Assembly: GCA_039831155.1 (NCBI GenBank)
Contig: JBDONT010000043.1
Span: 192,001 to 256,000, forward strand
Length of the DNA stretch: 64,000 bases
From: Nautiliaceae bacterium
Lineage (GTDB): Bacteria; Campylobacterota; Campylobacteria; Campylobacterales; Nautiliaceae
Direction of reading: 5' to 3'
The stretch's first letter is position 1, and every line of letters begins with the position of its first letter. Both the position numbers and the translations under genes were made by a program. The notes beneath the pieces are model-generated. The model ran no database searches and was not told the DNA's origin. It saw only the letters and a list, made by a program, of their open reading frames with translations. This document shows positions 28,003-39,770 of the stretch, in pieces.

Positions 28003-29571
28003 TTAAATTTCTGCATACCCTACACTTAGGGCTGCTTTTAGGTGTCTTAATTCGTTTAGTACGTTTTCGTTTACATCGTTATCTACAATAATAACAGCCA
28101 TTGCCTGATTTTCTTTATTTCTACCAAGTCTAAAGTCTGCTATATTGATATTATGTTTTGCAAGAGTCATACCAACTTCTCCGATAACTCCCGGTACATC
28201 AGTGTTTTTAAAGAAAATCATTTTCCCTTTAGGTTCGAATTCCAAATCAAACCCTTTAAACTCAACGATTCTAGGATGATTTTCAAGCATTGTCCCACTT
28301 ATTGAATACTCTCCCTCATCCGTAATCACTTTAATATTTACAAGGTTTTTATAAGTTTCGTTTTTAATCTCTTTCGTTTCGGTAACGATACCTTTTTCGG
28401 TAGCTAAAAACTCTGCATTTACGTAATTTACGTTATCTGTGATATTTTTAAGAAGCCCTACCAAACTAAACGTAAGAACAGATTTGTTTTCTTTGCTGAT
28501 ATCTCCACTAAGAGCTACTTTTACTTTTTTAATAGGTTTATTGATAATCTGACTCAAAATATATCCCATTTTTTGAGAAAGTTCTAAATATTTAATTACC
28601 CATTCAGGGGTATTTGCAGTGTTTATCGGAAGATTTAAAGCATTCGGATAACTACTTCCTCTTAGTGCTTCAATAATAGCTTCAGCAGCTTGAATAGCTA
28701 TTCTCTCTTGAGATTCGCGAGTATTAGCTCCTATATGAGGTGTAACGGAAGTGTTTTCAAGCTCAAAGAAAGGATGTTCCGTTAAAGGTTCTTTATTAAA
28801 TACATCTATACCAAGCCACGCTATTTTTCCGGATTTAAGCCCTTCTGCTACGTCTTCTTCGTTATAAAGCCCACCTCTTGCACAGTTAATTAAAACAACA
28901 CCGTCTTTCATTTTTTCAATCTCTTTTTTTGTAATCATATTGATAGTTTCTGGTGTTTTAGGAGTGTGGATTGTAATAAAATCACATTTTAAAATCTCTT
29001 CAAAATCCGTCGTATATTTACACCCAAGGTCAGTGGCTTTGCTAGGGTCAATGTACGGGTCGTATGCAATTACGTCCATTTCAAGTGCTTTAGCTCTAAT
29101 CCCTACACGGCTACCGATATTACCAAACCCTATAATCCCCAGTTTTTTACCGGCAAGTTCGATTCCAAGCCATTTTTCCCTATTCCATTCGTGTTCTTTT
29201 TTAAGATTCCATACGGCATTAGTAAAACTTCTCGCAGCCGTAAGTAAATGAGCCATAGTAAGTTCCACTGCCGCTAAAGTATTGGCAGTAGGTACGTTCA
29301 TTACAATTACCCCTCTTTTACTTGCAGCTTCCATATCTACATTATCAACACCGACTCCGGCTCTTACCACGGCTTTTAGTCTTTTAGCGTGAGATAGGAA
29401 TTTTTCATCTACAGGAGTAGGACTTCTTGTAATTACCCCGTCTGCATCTTCGATAACTTTTAATAACTCGTCTTTTGGAGTTCTGCTTGCGTCTACAAGT
29501 TCTATATCTTTAGCTTTTTTTAAAATTTCAAATCCAGCTTCGTGAATCGGGTCACATACTACTATTTTCAT
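28003..29571 (-). CDS. serA: D-3-phosphoglycerate dehydrogenase
   Basis: RAGVGVDN, GFGNIG, NCARGG, TPHIGANT, C-terminal ACT domain. Confidence 0.96.
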   Translation of the reverse strand: MKIVVCDPIHEAGFEILKKAKDIELVDASRTPKDELLKVIEDADGVITRSPTPVDEKFLSHAKRLKAVVRAGVGVDNVDMEAASKRGVIVMNVPTANTLAAVELTMAHLLTAARSFTNAVWNLKKEHEWNREKWLGIELAGKKLGIIGFGNIGSRVGIRAKALEMDVIAYDPYIDPSKATDLGCKYTTDFEEILKCDFITIHTPKTPETINMITKKEIEKMKDGVVLINCARGGLYNEEDVAEGLKSGKIAWLGIDVFNKEPLTEHPFFELENTSVTPHIGANTRESQERIAIQAAEAIIEALRGSSYPNALNLPINTANTPEWVIKYLELSQKMGYILSQIINKPIKKVKVALSGDISKENKSVLTFSLVGLLKNITDNVNYVNAEFLATEKGIVTETKEIKNETYKNLVNIKVITDEGEYSISGTMLENHPRIVEFKGFDLEFEPKGKMIFFKNTDVPGVIGEVGMTLAKHNINIADFRLGRNKENQAMAVIIVDNDVNENVLNELRHLKAALSVGYAEI

Positions 29572-30006
29572 TTAAATCCTTTTTACTATTTTTTCTATTT
29601 TTACGTTAAAACGATAACTTTTAAAAAGTTTAATAATCCTATCAGCTTGTGAAAGTGATTTAAACAATATAAAAACTTCTGCCTCTTTATTCTCAATTAA
29701 AGAATACGGAATATTCTCATTTTCCAAAATCGATTTAATGTTAAACAAAGCAAATTTATCGTTTGCTTTTATTACTATTTTATAAAGGATAACGTTTTTA
29801 TACTCTCTAAAATCAATTTTAATAAATAATTCTCTTGCCGGAAAATTAAAAGTTTTAAAAGAGAGCTTAAACCCTTCTTTTTTTGTTTCCGATGAAAAAT
29901 TCATCTCTTTTTTTACAACCGGAAAATCCGGTTGCGAAATTTTATCATAAGTAATAACCATTGCTGCAATAATAATTAAAATAAAAAACGAAATTAATAT
30001 TTTCAT
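29572..30006 (-). CDS. hypothetical periplasmic/membrane-anchored protein
   Basis: N-terminal hydrophobic segment, FPAREL; lies between rpsA and serA. Confidence 0.65.
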   Translation of the reverse strand: MKILISFFILIIIAAMVITYDKISQPDFPVVKKEMNFSSETKKEGFKLSFKTFNFPARELFIKIDFREYKNVILYKIVIKANDKFALFNIKSILENENIPYSLIENKEAEVFILFKSLSQADRIIKLFKSYRFNVKIEKIVKRI

Positions 30007-31163
30007 TCAGCAAGTTTTACTCTCTCTCCGTTAATTTCTATAATCTTACCTTTAAAAACATCCCCTATATTGTATTCGTTTTCAAAATCTTCTTTTCTAA
30101 CAAGTGCTTCAATATCCCCAAGGTCTATAAACATCCCGAAATCCGTTACATACTTCACTTTACCTTCCACTTCGTCCCCTACGTTATGAGTTTGAGCAAA
30201 ACTGTCGTAAGGATTCGGCATAGCGTCTTTCCTTGAAACTATAACTTTATTTTCTTCAGGAGAAATAGTAATAATCTTAAATTGCAGTCTATCTCCTATA
30301 TTAAATACGTCGCTGGCTTTTTCTCCTTTTTTATAAGAAGCGAATTTATTAGGTAAAAGTGTACTAATTCCGTCAATTTCCACAAACGCCCCTACATTTA
30401 TAAATTTCGTAATAACACCTTCAACCACATCCCCGACTTCGTGAGTTTGAGCAAAAATTACAGCAGGTTTAGTTAAAAGATTCTTTCTGCTAACTCTAAG
30501 TTTTTCTTCTTCCGGATTAATCTCAACAATCTCCACCTCAATTTCATCTCCAAGCGTCAAGTCGTTAATCCCGTCCCAGTTAATTTCACTAATATGTAAA
30601 AATCCTTCAACTCCGTTTCCTAAATCCACAAACGCTCCGTAATCGGTAATATGGGATACGCTTACCTTTACAACATCACCGATATTAAGTTCTTTTACTT
30701 CATCCCAAGGATTAGGAAGCGTCTTTTTAATAGAAAAAATTCTTCTAACAGGGTCTATTAATTTTACTTGAACTTCATCACCTTCGCTTATATATTGACG
30801 ATGGTCTATCTTTTTATAAAAAATTTCATCTTTAGGAACAAATCCACTGATACCGTCAACATCAATAACCAAACCTTTAGGTTTCACCTTTGTTACCACA
30901 GCCGTTAAAACTTCATCGGCTTTACTTTCCAATTTCTCTTTTACTTCGTTTAAATAAGCTTTTCTGTCAACCACCACAGAGTTTTGTTTAAACTCTTTTA
31001 CTTTTGCTTTAACAACTTTACCTATTACGCTTTCATCTTCTTTCAATCCACTTAAACTTTTAGGCAAGAAAATCTCTTGCCCGTCAACATAACCGACAAA
31101 ACCACCTTTGATTAATTTGTCGATTTTAAACTCAACCACATCACCTATTTTTAATTCACTCAT
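30003..31163 (-). CDS. rpsA: 30S ribosomal protein S1 (short, about five S1 domains)
   Basis: YGAFVDLG..EGFLHISEI and related repeats; directly downstream of ispH. Confidence 0.85.
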   Translation of the reverse strand: MSELKIGDVVEFKIDKLIKGGFVGYVDGQEIFLPKSLSGLKEDESVIGKVVKAKVKEFKQNSVVVDRKAYLNEVKEKLESKADEVLTAVVTKVKPKGLVIDVDGISGFVPKDEIFYKKIDHRQYISEGDEVQVKLIDPVRRIFSIKKTLPNPWDEVKELNIGDVVKVSVSHITDYGAFVDLGNGVEGFLHISEINWDGINDLTLGDEIEVEIVEINPEEEKLRVSRKNLLTKPAVIFAQTHEVGDVVEGVITKFINVGAFVEIDGISTLLPNKFASYKKGEKASDVFNIGDRLQFKIITISPEENKVIVSRKDAMPNPYDSFAQTHNVGDEVEGKVKYVTDFGMFIDLGDIEALVRKEDFENEYNIGDVFKGKIIEINGERVKLAE

Positions 31164-31990
31164 GCTAATTCCTTTATCTTTGAGATTATTTTTTTAACCA
31201 ACCATTCAGGCGTGGATGCACCGGCACTTATACCACAGTGCTTTTTACCTTCGAACCACTCTTTTTTCAACTCTTCTTCACTCTCTACCAAATAAGCCTC
31301 GCTATATTCGCTTGCTATATTATACAACTGTTTTGTATTTGATGAGTTTTTACCACCTATTATTATCATAATATCGGCTCTTTTAGCCAATTCCCTTACT
31401 GCGTCTTGATTTTCAAAAGTAGCGTTACATATAGTATTAAATACTCTCACTTCTTTATGGTTTCTGATAAGATAATCGGTTATTTTTAAATAATCGTTTA
31501 TTTTTCTAGTGGTTTGAGCTACGGTCGCTATTTTTTCTTTTAATTTTATATTTTTAAGCTCTTCTTCACTTAAAACAACATAAACCCTATTATGAACGGA
31601 ATAACTCATAACCCCTTTTATTTCCGGATGGTTTTTATCACCGAAAATAACAATATCATACCCCAAAGAACTCATCTCCTCTACAATCTCTTGAGGTTTT
31701 TTTACAAAAGGACAGGTAGCATCTATTATTTCTATACTTTTGGATTTAAGCTTTTCTAGCTTATCTTTTGGAATACCGTGAGTTCTTACTATCACTCTTT
31801 TTACGTTTTCGTCTATATCTTCCAGAGAATCCACATATTTAACATTATAATTTTCAGCCAAACGGTTAATCTCAAGAGGATTATGAATAAGAGGACCGAG
31901 AGTTACGGCGTTTTTGGAGTTTTCTGCAATTTCAACGGCTCTTTTTACCCCAAAACAAAATCCGTAACTCTTAGCTTTTTCAATTATCAT
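31160..31990 (-). CDS. ispH: 4-hydroxy-3-methylbut-2-enyl diphosphate reductase
   Basis: GFCFGV, DATCPFV, TICNAT, NSSNT, AGASTP. Confidence 0.96.
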   Translation of the reverse strand: MIIEKAKSYGFCFGVKRAVEIAENSKNAVTLGPLIHNPLEINRLAENYNVKYVDSLEDIDENVKRVIVRTHGIPKDKLEKLKSKSIEIIDATCPFVKKPQEIVEEMSSLGYDIVIFGDKNHPEIKGVMSYSVHNRVYVVLSEEELKNIKLKEKIATVAQTTRKINDYLKITDYLIRNHKEVRVFNTICNATFENQDAVRELAKRADIMIIIGGKNSSNTKQLYNIASEYSEAYLVESEEELKKEWFEGKKHCGISAGASTPEWLVKKIISKIKELA

Positions 31991-33272
31991 CACTTATCCT
32001 AAAATCAGCAATTTTTTCAAAAAGTTTAAAAAAGTTAGGAAAAGAGGTGTTAATACTTTCTGCTTTTTTTATTTTCATTCCACATAAAAGCCCAAGCACT
32101 GCAAAGCTCATAGCAATTCTATGGTCTCCGTGAGAATCGATTACAGCCTTTTTAGGAATTCCTCCTACAATCTCATACCCGTCTTCAAACTCTTTAGCTT
32201 CGATTCCACACTCTTTAAGAGAATTTACAACGGTAGAAATTCTATCGGACTCTTTTACTCTAAGTTCTTTAGCGTTTTTAACACTACTTTTACCTTCGGC
32301 AACTGCCATAGCCATAGCAAGAGCCGGCAATTCGTCTATTAGCCAAGGTATATTGCTATCTACCTCCACACCTTTTAATCTAGCTCCCGTTACTATTATA
32401 TCTCCAATAGGTTCATATTTGTTTTCTTTTAAAACATACTCTATTTCAGCTCCCATTTTTTCCAAAACTTTATAAGCCTCTATTCTTGTAGGATTTAAAG
32501 TTACGTTTTTAATAATCGCTTTTGAATCAGTAATAGCGGCAGCCACTGCAAAGAAAAACGCACTGCTAGGGTCGTTTGGAACTTCAATTTCAAGAGGGGA
32601 GAGTCTTTCTTTTAAAGGATGTATTGTAATTTTACAACCCTTATCCACACTACTCTCTATATTAGCCCCCATACCTCTTAACATTCTTTCGGTATGGTCG
32701 CGACTAAGCATAGGTTCTTCATAGTAAGACTCTTTATCGGCATTTAAAGCGGCTAAAATCATAGCCGATTTTACTTGAGCCGATGCGATTTTACTTTTAT
32801 AATCAAAAGAAGAAAGCTTACCACCCCTTACAGCCAAAGGAGCAAGCTCTCCGTTTTTTCTTCCGTCAATCTTCGCCCCTATGCTTCTTAAAGGGTCGGC
32901 AACCCTTCTCATAGGACGTCTTCTTAAATATTCATCTCCCGTTAAAACGTAAAATCCGTCTATTCCGGCCAAAAGCCCCATATAAATTCTAATAGTGGTT
33001 CCCGAATTCCCACAATAAAGCACATCTTCAGCTTCTTTAAACTCACTAGGAGCTTCAATCGTTATAACGCCGTCTTTATCTTCAACCTTAGCCCCCAAAG
33101 CTTTTGCAATTTCCAAAGAATTTAAAGTATCTTCGGCTCTTAAATAGTTTTTTATAACGTTTTTTCCACTTGTTAAAAGAGAAAAAATAGCACATCTATG
33201 CGAAATAGACTTATCTGCATCAACCAAAAACTCTTCTTCAAACTTTCTACCACCTACTACTTCCAGTATCAT
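31980..33272 (-). CDS. aroA: EPSP synthase
   Basis: DKSISHR, GNSGTT, SAQVKS, RDHTE, KESDR, DHRIAM. Confidence 0.96.
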   Translation of the reverse strand: MILEVVGGRKFEEEFLVDADKSISHRCAIFSLLTSGKNVIKNYLRAEDTLNSLEIAKALGAKVEDKDGVITIEAPSEFKEAEDVLYCGNSGTTIRIYMGLLAGIDGFYVLTGDEYLRRRPMRRVADPLRSIGAKIDGRKNGELAPLAVRGGKLSSFDYKSKIASAQVKSAMILAALNADKESYYEEPMLSRDHTERMLRGMGANIESSVDKGCKITIHPLKERLSPLEIEVPNDPSSAFFFAVAAAITDSKAIIKNVTLNPTRIEAYKVLEKMGAEIEYVLKENKYEPIGDIIVTGARLKGVEVDSNIPWLIDELPALAMAMAVAEGKSSVKNAKELRVKESDRISTVVNSLKECGIEAKEFEDGYEIVGGIPKKAVIDSHGDHRIAMSFAVLGLLCGMKIKKAESINTSFPNFFKLFEKIADFRISDDN

Positions 33273-35515
33273 CTAAGTTTTATTCCTTTTTCGTTTAATG
33301 CTTTTAAAATTTTATCCATTATAGCATTTATTTCTTCATCCGTTAATGTTTTTTGGCCTTGAATTACAAATCTGATAGTAATTGAGTTACTCTCTCCCAA
33401 ATCATAAATATCTATCGGATAAAATTCCACCAACTCGTTTAATTCCAACTTATTAATAATATCAAAAATTTCCCTATAAGAGATAGCCTTATCCACTACT
33501 AAACTTAAATCCCTTGTTACTTTTGGAAACTTATTAATATCTTTTGCCAGTTTTTTACTCTCTTTTGGAGCAATTTCTATTTCGGCAAAATAAGTATCGT
33601 CTATATCAAAATCTTTTGCGACTTTCGGATGAAGTTTTGCAAGCACTCCTATAATTTTCCCGTCTTTTACTATTTTCGCATTTTGATAAGGATGTGCTAT
33701 AGGATGAGAATCGTTTTCAACAAGCTCGAACTCCCCTATAATTTGAGAAAGTTTATCCACCAACGTTTTAAAAGAAACTTTTTGAGGTTTTCCATGATTT
33801 ATAGGGTTTTCATAATCCTCAAATCCGTTTAAAACAAACGCAAGTTTTGTTTTTTCGTTTCTTTCTCTGTCATAAACTCTTCCTATTGTAAATAGGAAAA
33901 CTCTTTTATATCCGTTTGCTTTATTTCTTGAGATATCTTCTAAAAGCTGCAATAAAAGAGTGGTCCTTAACGTATCAAGCTCTTTTACGATAGGGTTTAT
34001 TAAATCCAAATTCTCATCCACTACCTCAAAACCGTACTTTTTAAGTCTCTCTTTATCGTCAAATACAAAATGAATAACCTCATAAAACCCGTTCGCAACG
34101 GCTTTTAATCTTAAAGAGTTTAAAATTTCGTGAGCTATTATGTTATCGTTTATTCTATTTTTCTCTTCAAATTCCAAAGGTTTTGAAGGAACTTCGTCAA
34201 TTCCGTAAACCCTTAAAACCTCTTCTGCAATATCCTGAATGTTTTTTATATCACTTCTGAATTCCGGAACTTTTACTCTTAAAACATCCTCACTTAAAAC
34301 TTCAATTTCAAATTTAAGTTTTTTTAATATCTCCACTACTGCTTTTTCGGCAATATCATAGCCTATTATGTCTCTTAATTCTTTTATGCTTATTTTTATA
34401 AACTTAGGCTCAAATTCTTTACTTAAATCAATCTCTCCGGCATAAACAAGCAGTTTCGCTTCATTTAAGAAATAATTCATTCCGAATTTTAAATCCGGAT
34501 TACTTCCACGACTAGCCCTAAAGAAATATTCATCCGTTTTTAATCCGTTAATAAATACTATTTCGCTTACATATTCCGGGTCTATGTAGTTTGCGTTAAT
34601 AATAAAACTATCGCCTTCTTCAAGTTTAATTGAATTCTTAATACCTACCAAATACTCTCCCGAAACGGTTTTATAAATATCAACTCCCTTTTCGTATTCA
34701 AAAGAAATTTCACCTAAATTACTAAGAACTAATAAAACTCCCGTTGCATGAGTCGCGTATTTTAGTAATTTATCACTGTCGTTTTTTGCTTCTACATCGC
34801 ATAAAGCCAGTCTTAAATCTATTTTAACGTTTGAATTAAACGTCCCTTTTAACCCTCTTAAAAGATGAGAAGAGTGTTTTAGTTCGCTTTTTGAAATATT
34901 TACAACTCTTCCTATACCTTCTTGAAGTTCGTTATAAAAATACTCTTTTTCCTGTAAGTCGATATTTAATCCGGCACTAAGTTCTCTGGCAATTCCGTAA
35001 ATACTAAAACAATCTCCCCTATTTGCCGTAACTCCAAGTTCTATCACTTCGTCATTTAAATACTCTCCGGCCCACTTTCCTATCTCAATCTTACCTAAAG
35101 ATTCATCCATTATTAAAATACCGTCATGAAAATCCGGAAGTCCTATTTCTCTTGCGGCACATATCATTCCGTAACTCTCAACACCTCTAAGTTTGGCTTT
35201 TTTTATTTTAAAATTCCCCGGAAGCACTGCACCGATTTTCGCCACAACCACATATTCTGCATTTACAACGTTACTAGCACCACAAACTATTTGTAAAACC
35301 TCATCTCCAACATCCACTTTACATACGTTCAATTTATCTGCATTCGAATGTTTTTGACACTCAATCACTTTTCCTATAACTACATTTTGAGGAATGTCAT
35401 ATTTCGTATAACCTTCTACCTCTTGTCCTATTCTGTTTAAAGTTTCTATAATCGTTTCGGTAGAAATTCCATCTAAATTAATAAACTCCTCTAGCCATTT
35501 TCTCGTTACTATCAT
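33269..35515 (-). CDS. pheT: phenylalanine--tRNA ligase beta subunit
   Basis: [26 protein letters not shown]. Confidence 0.95.
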   Translation of the reverse strand: MIVTRKWLEEFINLDGISTETIIETLNRIGQEVEGYTKYDIPQNVVIGKVIECQKHSNADKLNVCKVDVGDEVLQIVCGASNVVNAEYVVVAKIGAVLPGNFKIKKAKLRGVESYGMICAAREIGLPDFHDGILIMDESLGKIEIGKWAGEYLNDEVIELGVTANRGDCFSIYGIARELSAGLNIDLQEKEYFYNELQEGIGRVVNISKSELKHSSHLLRGLKGTFNSNVKIDLRLALCDVEAKNDSDKLLKYATHATGVLLVLSNLGEISFEYEKGVDIYKTVSGEYLVGIKNSIKLEEGDSFIINANYIDPEYVSEIVFINGLKTDEYFFRASRGSNPDLKFGMNYFLNEAKLLVYAGEIDLSKEFEPKFIKISIKELRDIIGYDIAEKAVVEILKKLKFEIEVLSEDVLRVKVPEFRSDIKNIQDIAEEVLRVYGIDEVPSKPLEFEEKNRINDNIIAHEILNSLRLKAVANGFYEVIHFVFDDKERLKKYGFEVVDENLDLINPIVKELDTLRTTLLLQLLEDISRNKANGYKRVFLFTIGRVYDRERNEKTKLAFVLNGFEDYENPINHGKPQKVSFKTLVDKLSQIIGEFELVENDSHPIAHPYQNAKIVKDGKIIGVLAKLHPKVAKDFDIDDTYFAEIEIAPKESKKLAKDINKFPKVTRDLSLVVDKAISYREIFDIINKLELNELVEFYPIDIYDLGESNSITIRFVIQGQKTLTDEEINAIMDKILKALNEKGIKLR

Positions 35516-36495
35516 TTAAACTGCTCCATTAGTCTGATATCTCCTTCATACATACTTCTAAGGTCGTTAATTCTATTTAGAAGCATAGCAAACCTTTCAA
35601 CTCCAAGTCCAAAAGCGTATCCACTTACGTTTTCATATCCTACGGCTTTGAATACATTCGGGTCTACAACACCACATCCCAACACTTCAAGCCATCCGGT
35701 ATGCGAACACACCCTACACCCTTTACCTTCACAGAAAATACAACTAATATCCACTTCTGCACTAGGCTCGGTAAAAGGGAAAAAACTAGGTCTGAATCTA
35801 ACCTTAACATCCCCGAACATATGCACTAAAAAGCTCTCAAGAATAAATTTTAAATTAGCAAAACTTACTTTCCCGGCTTCATCTACGACAAGTCCTTCAA
35901 CCTGATGAAACATAGGAGTGTGGGTTAAATCGTAATCTCTCCTAAAAACAGCCCCCGGGCTTATCATTCTAATAGGAGGCTTTTGTTTTAGCATAGTTCT
36001 AATCTGTACGGGAGAAGTATGGGTTCTAAGTAAACTTCCGTCTTTGAAATAAAAAGTATCCTGCATATCGCGTGCCGGGTGGTATTTAGGAAGGTTTAAA
36101 GCTTCAAAGTTATGAAAATCGTCTTCAACCAAAGGTCCCGTTTCTACGGAAAAATTTAATTTCGTAAAAAAGTCTATAATTTTATTCATAGTATCTGTTA
36201 TAGGATGAACTGCTCCGGTGGTTTTAGGTACGAAGCTGGTTACGTCTATTTTTTCTTTTCTTAACTGTTCTTCTAAAAGTTTCTCTTCAAGCTCAAGTTT
36301 TTTTTCCAAAATTAACTGCTGGGCTTTTTCTTTTAATTCATTAAGCTCTTTTGCTACCTTTTTTCTCTCTTCTGCACTGTAATTTTTAAGCTCTTTAAAT
36401 TTTTGAGTGATAATTCCGTTTTTACCAAGAAGCTTGACTCTTATTTTTTCAAGCTCGTCTAAATTTAAAACTTTACTAATTTCTGATAAATCCAC
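35512..36495 (-). CDS. pheS: phenylalanine--tRNA ligase alpha subunit
   Basis: [29 protein letters not shown]; start approximate (GTG 36495 or TTG 36498). Confidence 0.95.
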   Translation of the reverse strand: MDLSEISKVLNLDELEKIRVKLLGKNGIITQKFKELKNYSAEERKKVAKELNELKEKAQQLILEKKLELEEKLLEEQLRKEKIDVTSFVPKTTGAVHPITDTMNKIIDFFTKLNFSVETGPLVEDDFHNFEALNLPKYHPARDMQDTFYFKDGSLLRTHTSPVQIRTMLKQKPPIRMISPGAVFRRDYDLTHTPMFHQVEGLVVDEAGKVSFANLKFILESFLVHMFGDVKVRFRPSFFPFTEPSAEVDISCIFCEGKGCRVCSHTGWLEVLGCGVVDPNVFKAVGYENVSGYAFGLGVERFAMLLNRINDLRSMYEGDIRLMEQFK

Positions 36496-36552
36496 CAAAT
36501 TAGTCCTTTTATTTTTTAGGTATAATACTACCAAAAAAAAAGGAGCCTTTCA

Positions 36553-36888
36553 ATGGAATGCATATTTTGTAAAATAGTAAAAGGTGAAATTCCAAGCAAA
36601 AAAGTTTTAGAAAACGATAAATTTTTAGCTTTTCACGATATAAACCCTTCAGCACCGATTCACGTGTTAATCATCCCCAAAGAACATTACGAAAACTTTG
36701 CAACCACTCCTAGCGAAACATTTAAAGAAATAGCAGAATTTATAAAAGAAGTTGCAAAAAAACTGGATATTGAAGATTACAGACTAATTACCAACAACGG
36801 TAAAAACGCCGGTCAAGAGATTTTCCACACTCACATACATCTTCTATCAAATCCAAACGGCAAATTAAAGTGGCCTAAACTCGTTTAA
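36553..36888 (+). CDS. HIT-family protein
   Basis: CIFCKI and HTHIHL. Confidence 0.92.
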   Translation: MECIFCKIVKGEIPSKKVLENDKFLAFHDINPSAPIHVLIIPKEHYENFATTPSETFKEIAEFIKEVAKKLDIEDYRLITNNGKNAGQEIFHTHIHLLSNPNGKLKWPKLV

Positions 36889-36897
36889 AGGATATTA

Positions 36898-37743
36898 ATG
36901 AAATTTGTAGGAGCACACGTCAGTGCAAGTGGTGGTGTGGAAAATGCCGTAAAAAATGCAGTAGAAATAGGGGCAAACGGATTTGCCCTTTTTACCAAAA
37001 ACCAAAGACAATGGAAAGCAAAACCCCTTAGTGAAAAAAACATCTCAAAATTTAAAAAATTTATGCAAGAACACGGTTTTACAAAAGATATGGTTTTGCC
37101 TCACGACAGTTATTTAATAAACCTGGGACATCCGGAAATAGAAAAAAGAGAAAAGTCCCTAGAAGCTTTTATAGACGAAGCAAAAAGAGTGGAAATATTA
37201 GGATTAAAATATTTAAACTTTCATCCGGGAAGCCATTTAAAAAAAATTTCGGAAGAAGAGTGTCTTGATTTAATAAGCGAAAACGTCAATAAAGCCATAA
37301 AAGAGACCGAATCTTGCGTATTCGTACTGGAAACAACAGCAGGACAAGGAAGTAATTTAGGTTATAAATTCGAACATCTGGCATACATTATAGACAAAAT
37401 AGAAGATAAAAGCAGAATCGGTGTATGTATAGACACGGCTCATATATTTGCAGCCGGATACGATATAAGAACAAAAGAGGCTTACGAAGAGACAATGAAA
37501 AAATTTGAAGAAACTATAGGATTTAAATATTTAAAAGGTATGCATATAAACGACTCTAAAGCCAAATTCGCATCCCGTGTGGACAGACATCACTCTTTAG
37601 GAAAAGGTGAAATAGGACTTGAGACTTTTAAATTTATTATGCAAGATGAGAGAATAGATAATATTCCTTTGATTTTAGAAACAATTGAACCTCAAATCTG
37701 GCCGGATGAAATAAAACTTCTTAAAAGCTTTGAAAATGTATAA
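36898..37743 (+). CDS. nfo: endonuclease IV
   Basis: GAHVS, HDSYLIN, FHPGS, CIDTAH, HINDSK, DRHH. Confidence 0.95.
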   Translation: MKFVGAHVSASGGVENAVKNAVEIGANGFALFTKNQRQWKAKPLSEKNISKFKKFMQEHGFTKDMVLPHDSYLINLGHPEIEKREKSLEAFIDEAKRVEILGLKYLNFHPGSHLKKISEEECLDLISENVNKAIKETESCVFVLETTAGQGSNLGYKFEHLAYIIDKIEDKSRIGVCIDTAHIFAAGYDIRTKEAYEETMKKFEETIGFKYLKGMHINDSKAKFASRVDRHHSLGKGEIGLETFKFIMQDERIDNIPLILETIEPQIWPDEIKLLKSFENV

Positions 37744-39007
37744 ATATCTAAACATAAAACAGGTAGACAATCTAAAAGGCTCGATTAAAATAAGTGGAGC
37801 TAAAAACGCGGCTTTACCGGTTATAGCTTCCACTATATTATCGGATAACGAAGTTACTTTAACAAACGTCCCGGAAGTTGCGGACGTCAAAACGTTATTA
37901 AAACTTTTCAATCTACTTGGAAGCGAATACTCTTTTAAAGACAATATTCTAAAAATAAACACAAAACCTATTCACAACACCACAGCAGTTTACGAAATAG
38001 TAAAAACTATGAGAGCTTCAATTTTGGTTTTAGGCCCTCTTCTAAGCAGGTTTGGAGAGTGTAAAGTAAGCTTACCAGGTGGATGTGCCATAGGTGCAAG
38101 ACCGGTTGATTTGCATTTAAAAGCCCTAAATTTAATGGGGACAGATATAAAAATAGAAGCCGGTTACATCCACGCCAAAGGAAAATTAAAAGGGTGTGAT
38201 ATTATATTTGACAAAATAACCGTAACCGGAACGGAAAACATAGTAATGGCAGCGGCACTTGCAAAAGGTAAAACAAGAATTATAAATGCTGCCAAAGAAC
38301 CGGAAGTAATACAACTTTGCGAATTTTTAAAAAAAGGCGGTGTTGATATTGAAGGAATAGGTACAAACGAAATTATTATAACCGGAACTGACGGAGAGCT
38401 TTTAAAATTAAAAGAAGAAAAAATTATCCCCGATAGAATAGAAGCCGGTACCTATTTAGCCGCCGGAGCTATTACAAACTCTCAAATAACCATAAAAGAA
38501 GTAATACCGTCCCATTTAGAGAGCGTTCTTGTAAAATTTAGCGAAATGGGCTTTAAAATAGAAACCACAAAAAACGAAATAACAATCCATTCTGCAAAAA
38601 AAATCAACCCGACAAACATTTCAACTACGGAATTTCCGGGCTTTCCTACCGATATGCAAGCTCAATTTATGGCAATAGCCACCCAGGCTGAAGGAGTAAG
38701 TATTATTGAAGAGAGACTTTTTGAAAACAGATTTATGCACGTAGCGGAATTAAACCGTTTAGGGGCTAACATAAAAATCCAACAAAGCAAAATAGCAACC
38801 GTTTACGGTCCGACTCCACTAATAGGTGCCGATGTAATGGCTACCGATTTGAGAGCTTCTTCGGCTTTAGTGTTAGCAGGACTCATAGCCAAAGGAGAAA
38901 CAAACGTTCATAGAATCTATCATCTTTTTAGAGGTTATGAAAAATTAATCGATAAATTCAAAGCCTTAGGAGCTCAAATGGAGCTAAGAGAAGAAACCTC
39001 ACCTTAA
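37736..39007 (+). CDS. murA: UDP-N-acetylglucosamine 1-carboxyvinyltransferase
   Basis: [28 protein letters not shown]. Confidence 0.97.
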   Translation: MYKYLNIKQVDNLKGSIKISGAKNAALPVIASTILSDNEVTLTNVPEVADVKTLLKLFNLLGSEYSFKDNILKINTKPIHNTTAVYEIVKTMRASILVLGPLLSRFGECKVSLPGGCAIGARPVDLHLKALNLMGTDIKIEAGYIHAKGKLKGCDIIFDKITVTGTENIVMAAALAKGKTRIINAAKEPEVIQLCEFLKKGGVDIEGIGTNEIIITGTDGELLKLKEEKIIPDRIEAGTYLAAGAITNSQITIKEVIPSHLESVLVKFSEMGFKIETTKNEITIHSAKKINPTNISTTEFPGFPTDMQAQFMAIATQAEGVSIIEERLFENRFMHVAELNRLGANIKIQQSKIATVYGPTPLIGADVMATDLRASSALVLAGLIAKGETNVHRIYHLFRGYEKLIDKFKALGAQMELREETSP

Positions 39008-39766
39008 AATTTCAAAGTAGTAATTCGCTACTTTTTTTCTATTTAGTTTTTTATTCAAAAACAGCTCCATTGCCAAAACCCCTTGATACACAAGCATATC
39101 AATACCACTTTTTGTAATAAGATTATACTCTTTGGCCAATTTTAAAAAAGGAGTACCTCTGCCGTAAATCACATCCACTGCATATTTAGCGTTACTAAAA
39201 AGTTTTTCCAAAATCTCTTTAGGTGCCGGTAAATTATTATCATTAAGGCCGGCAGAAGTGGTATTTATAATTAAATCGTAATTAAAATTATTAAACTCAT
39301 CCCAAGTAAAAGTTTTTTTGCCTTTTAATTTAAAATACTCCAATCTTTTTGAAGAACGGTTTAGAATATCGGCATTTGGTAACACCAAACTTAAAGCTTT
39401 AGCAGTACCTCCGGCACCTATTATTAAAACATTTTTATAATCAAACTCTTTTATAGCCTCTAAAAATCCAGGAGCATCGGTATTATATCCTATAACTTTA
39501 TCGCCTTCTAAAACAAGAGTATTTACAGCCCCTATTTCTCTAGCAATTCCTCTGACTTCATCGGCTAACCTAAAAGCAGCCTCTTTATGAGGTACCGTTA
39601 CATTGGCTCCTTTTATTTTAAGTGCTTTAAACTTCTCAATAATTTTATCCCCGTTTTCTAAACAAAACCTCCCGTAACACTCATTGATATTCTCTTTTTT
39701 AAAAAAATAGTTATGCATAAGAGGAGATTTTGAGTGACTAACCGGATTTCCGAAAATCAAAAACAT
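38999..39766 (-). CDS. aroE: shikimate dehydrogenase
   Basis: HSKSP, NVTVPHK, GAVNT, NTD, GAGG. Confidence 0.95.
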   Translation of the reverse strand: MFLIFGNPVSHSKSPLMHNYFFKKENINECYGRFCLENGDKIIEKFKALKIKGANVTVPHKEAAFRLADEVRGIAREIGAVNTLVLEGDKVIGYNTDAPGFLEAIKEFDYKNVLIIGAGGTAKALSLVLPNADILNRSSKRLEYFKLKGKKTFTWDEFNNFNYDLIINTTSAGLNDNNLPAPKEILEKLFSNAKYAVDVIYGRGTPFLKLAKEYNLITKSGIDMLVYQGVLAMELFLNKKLNRKKVANYYFEILR

Positions 39767-39770
39767 CTTT

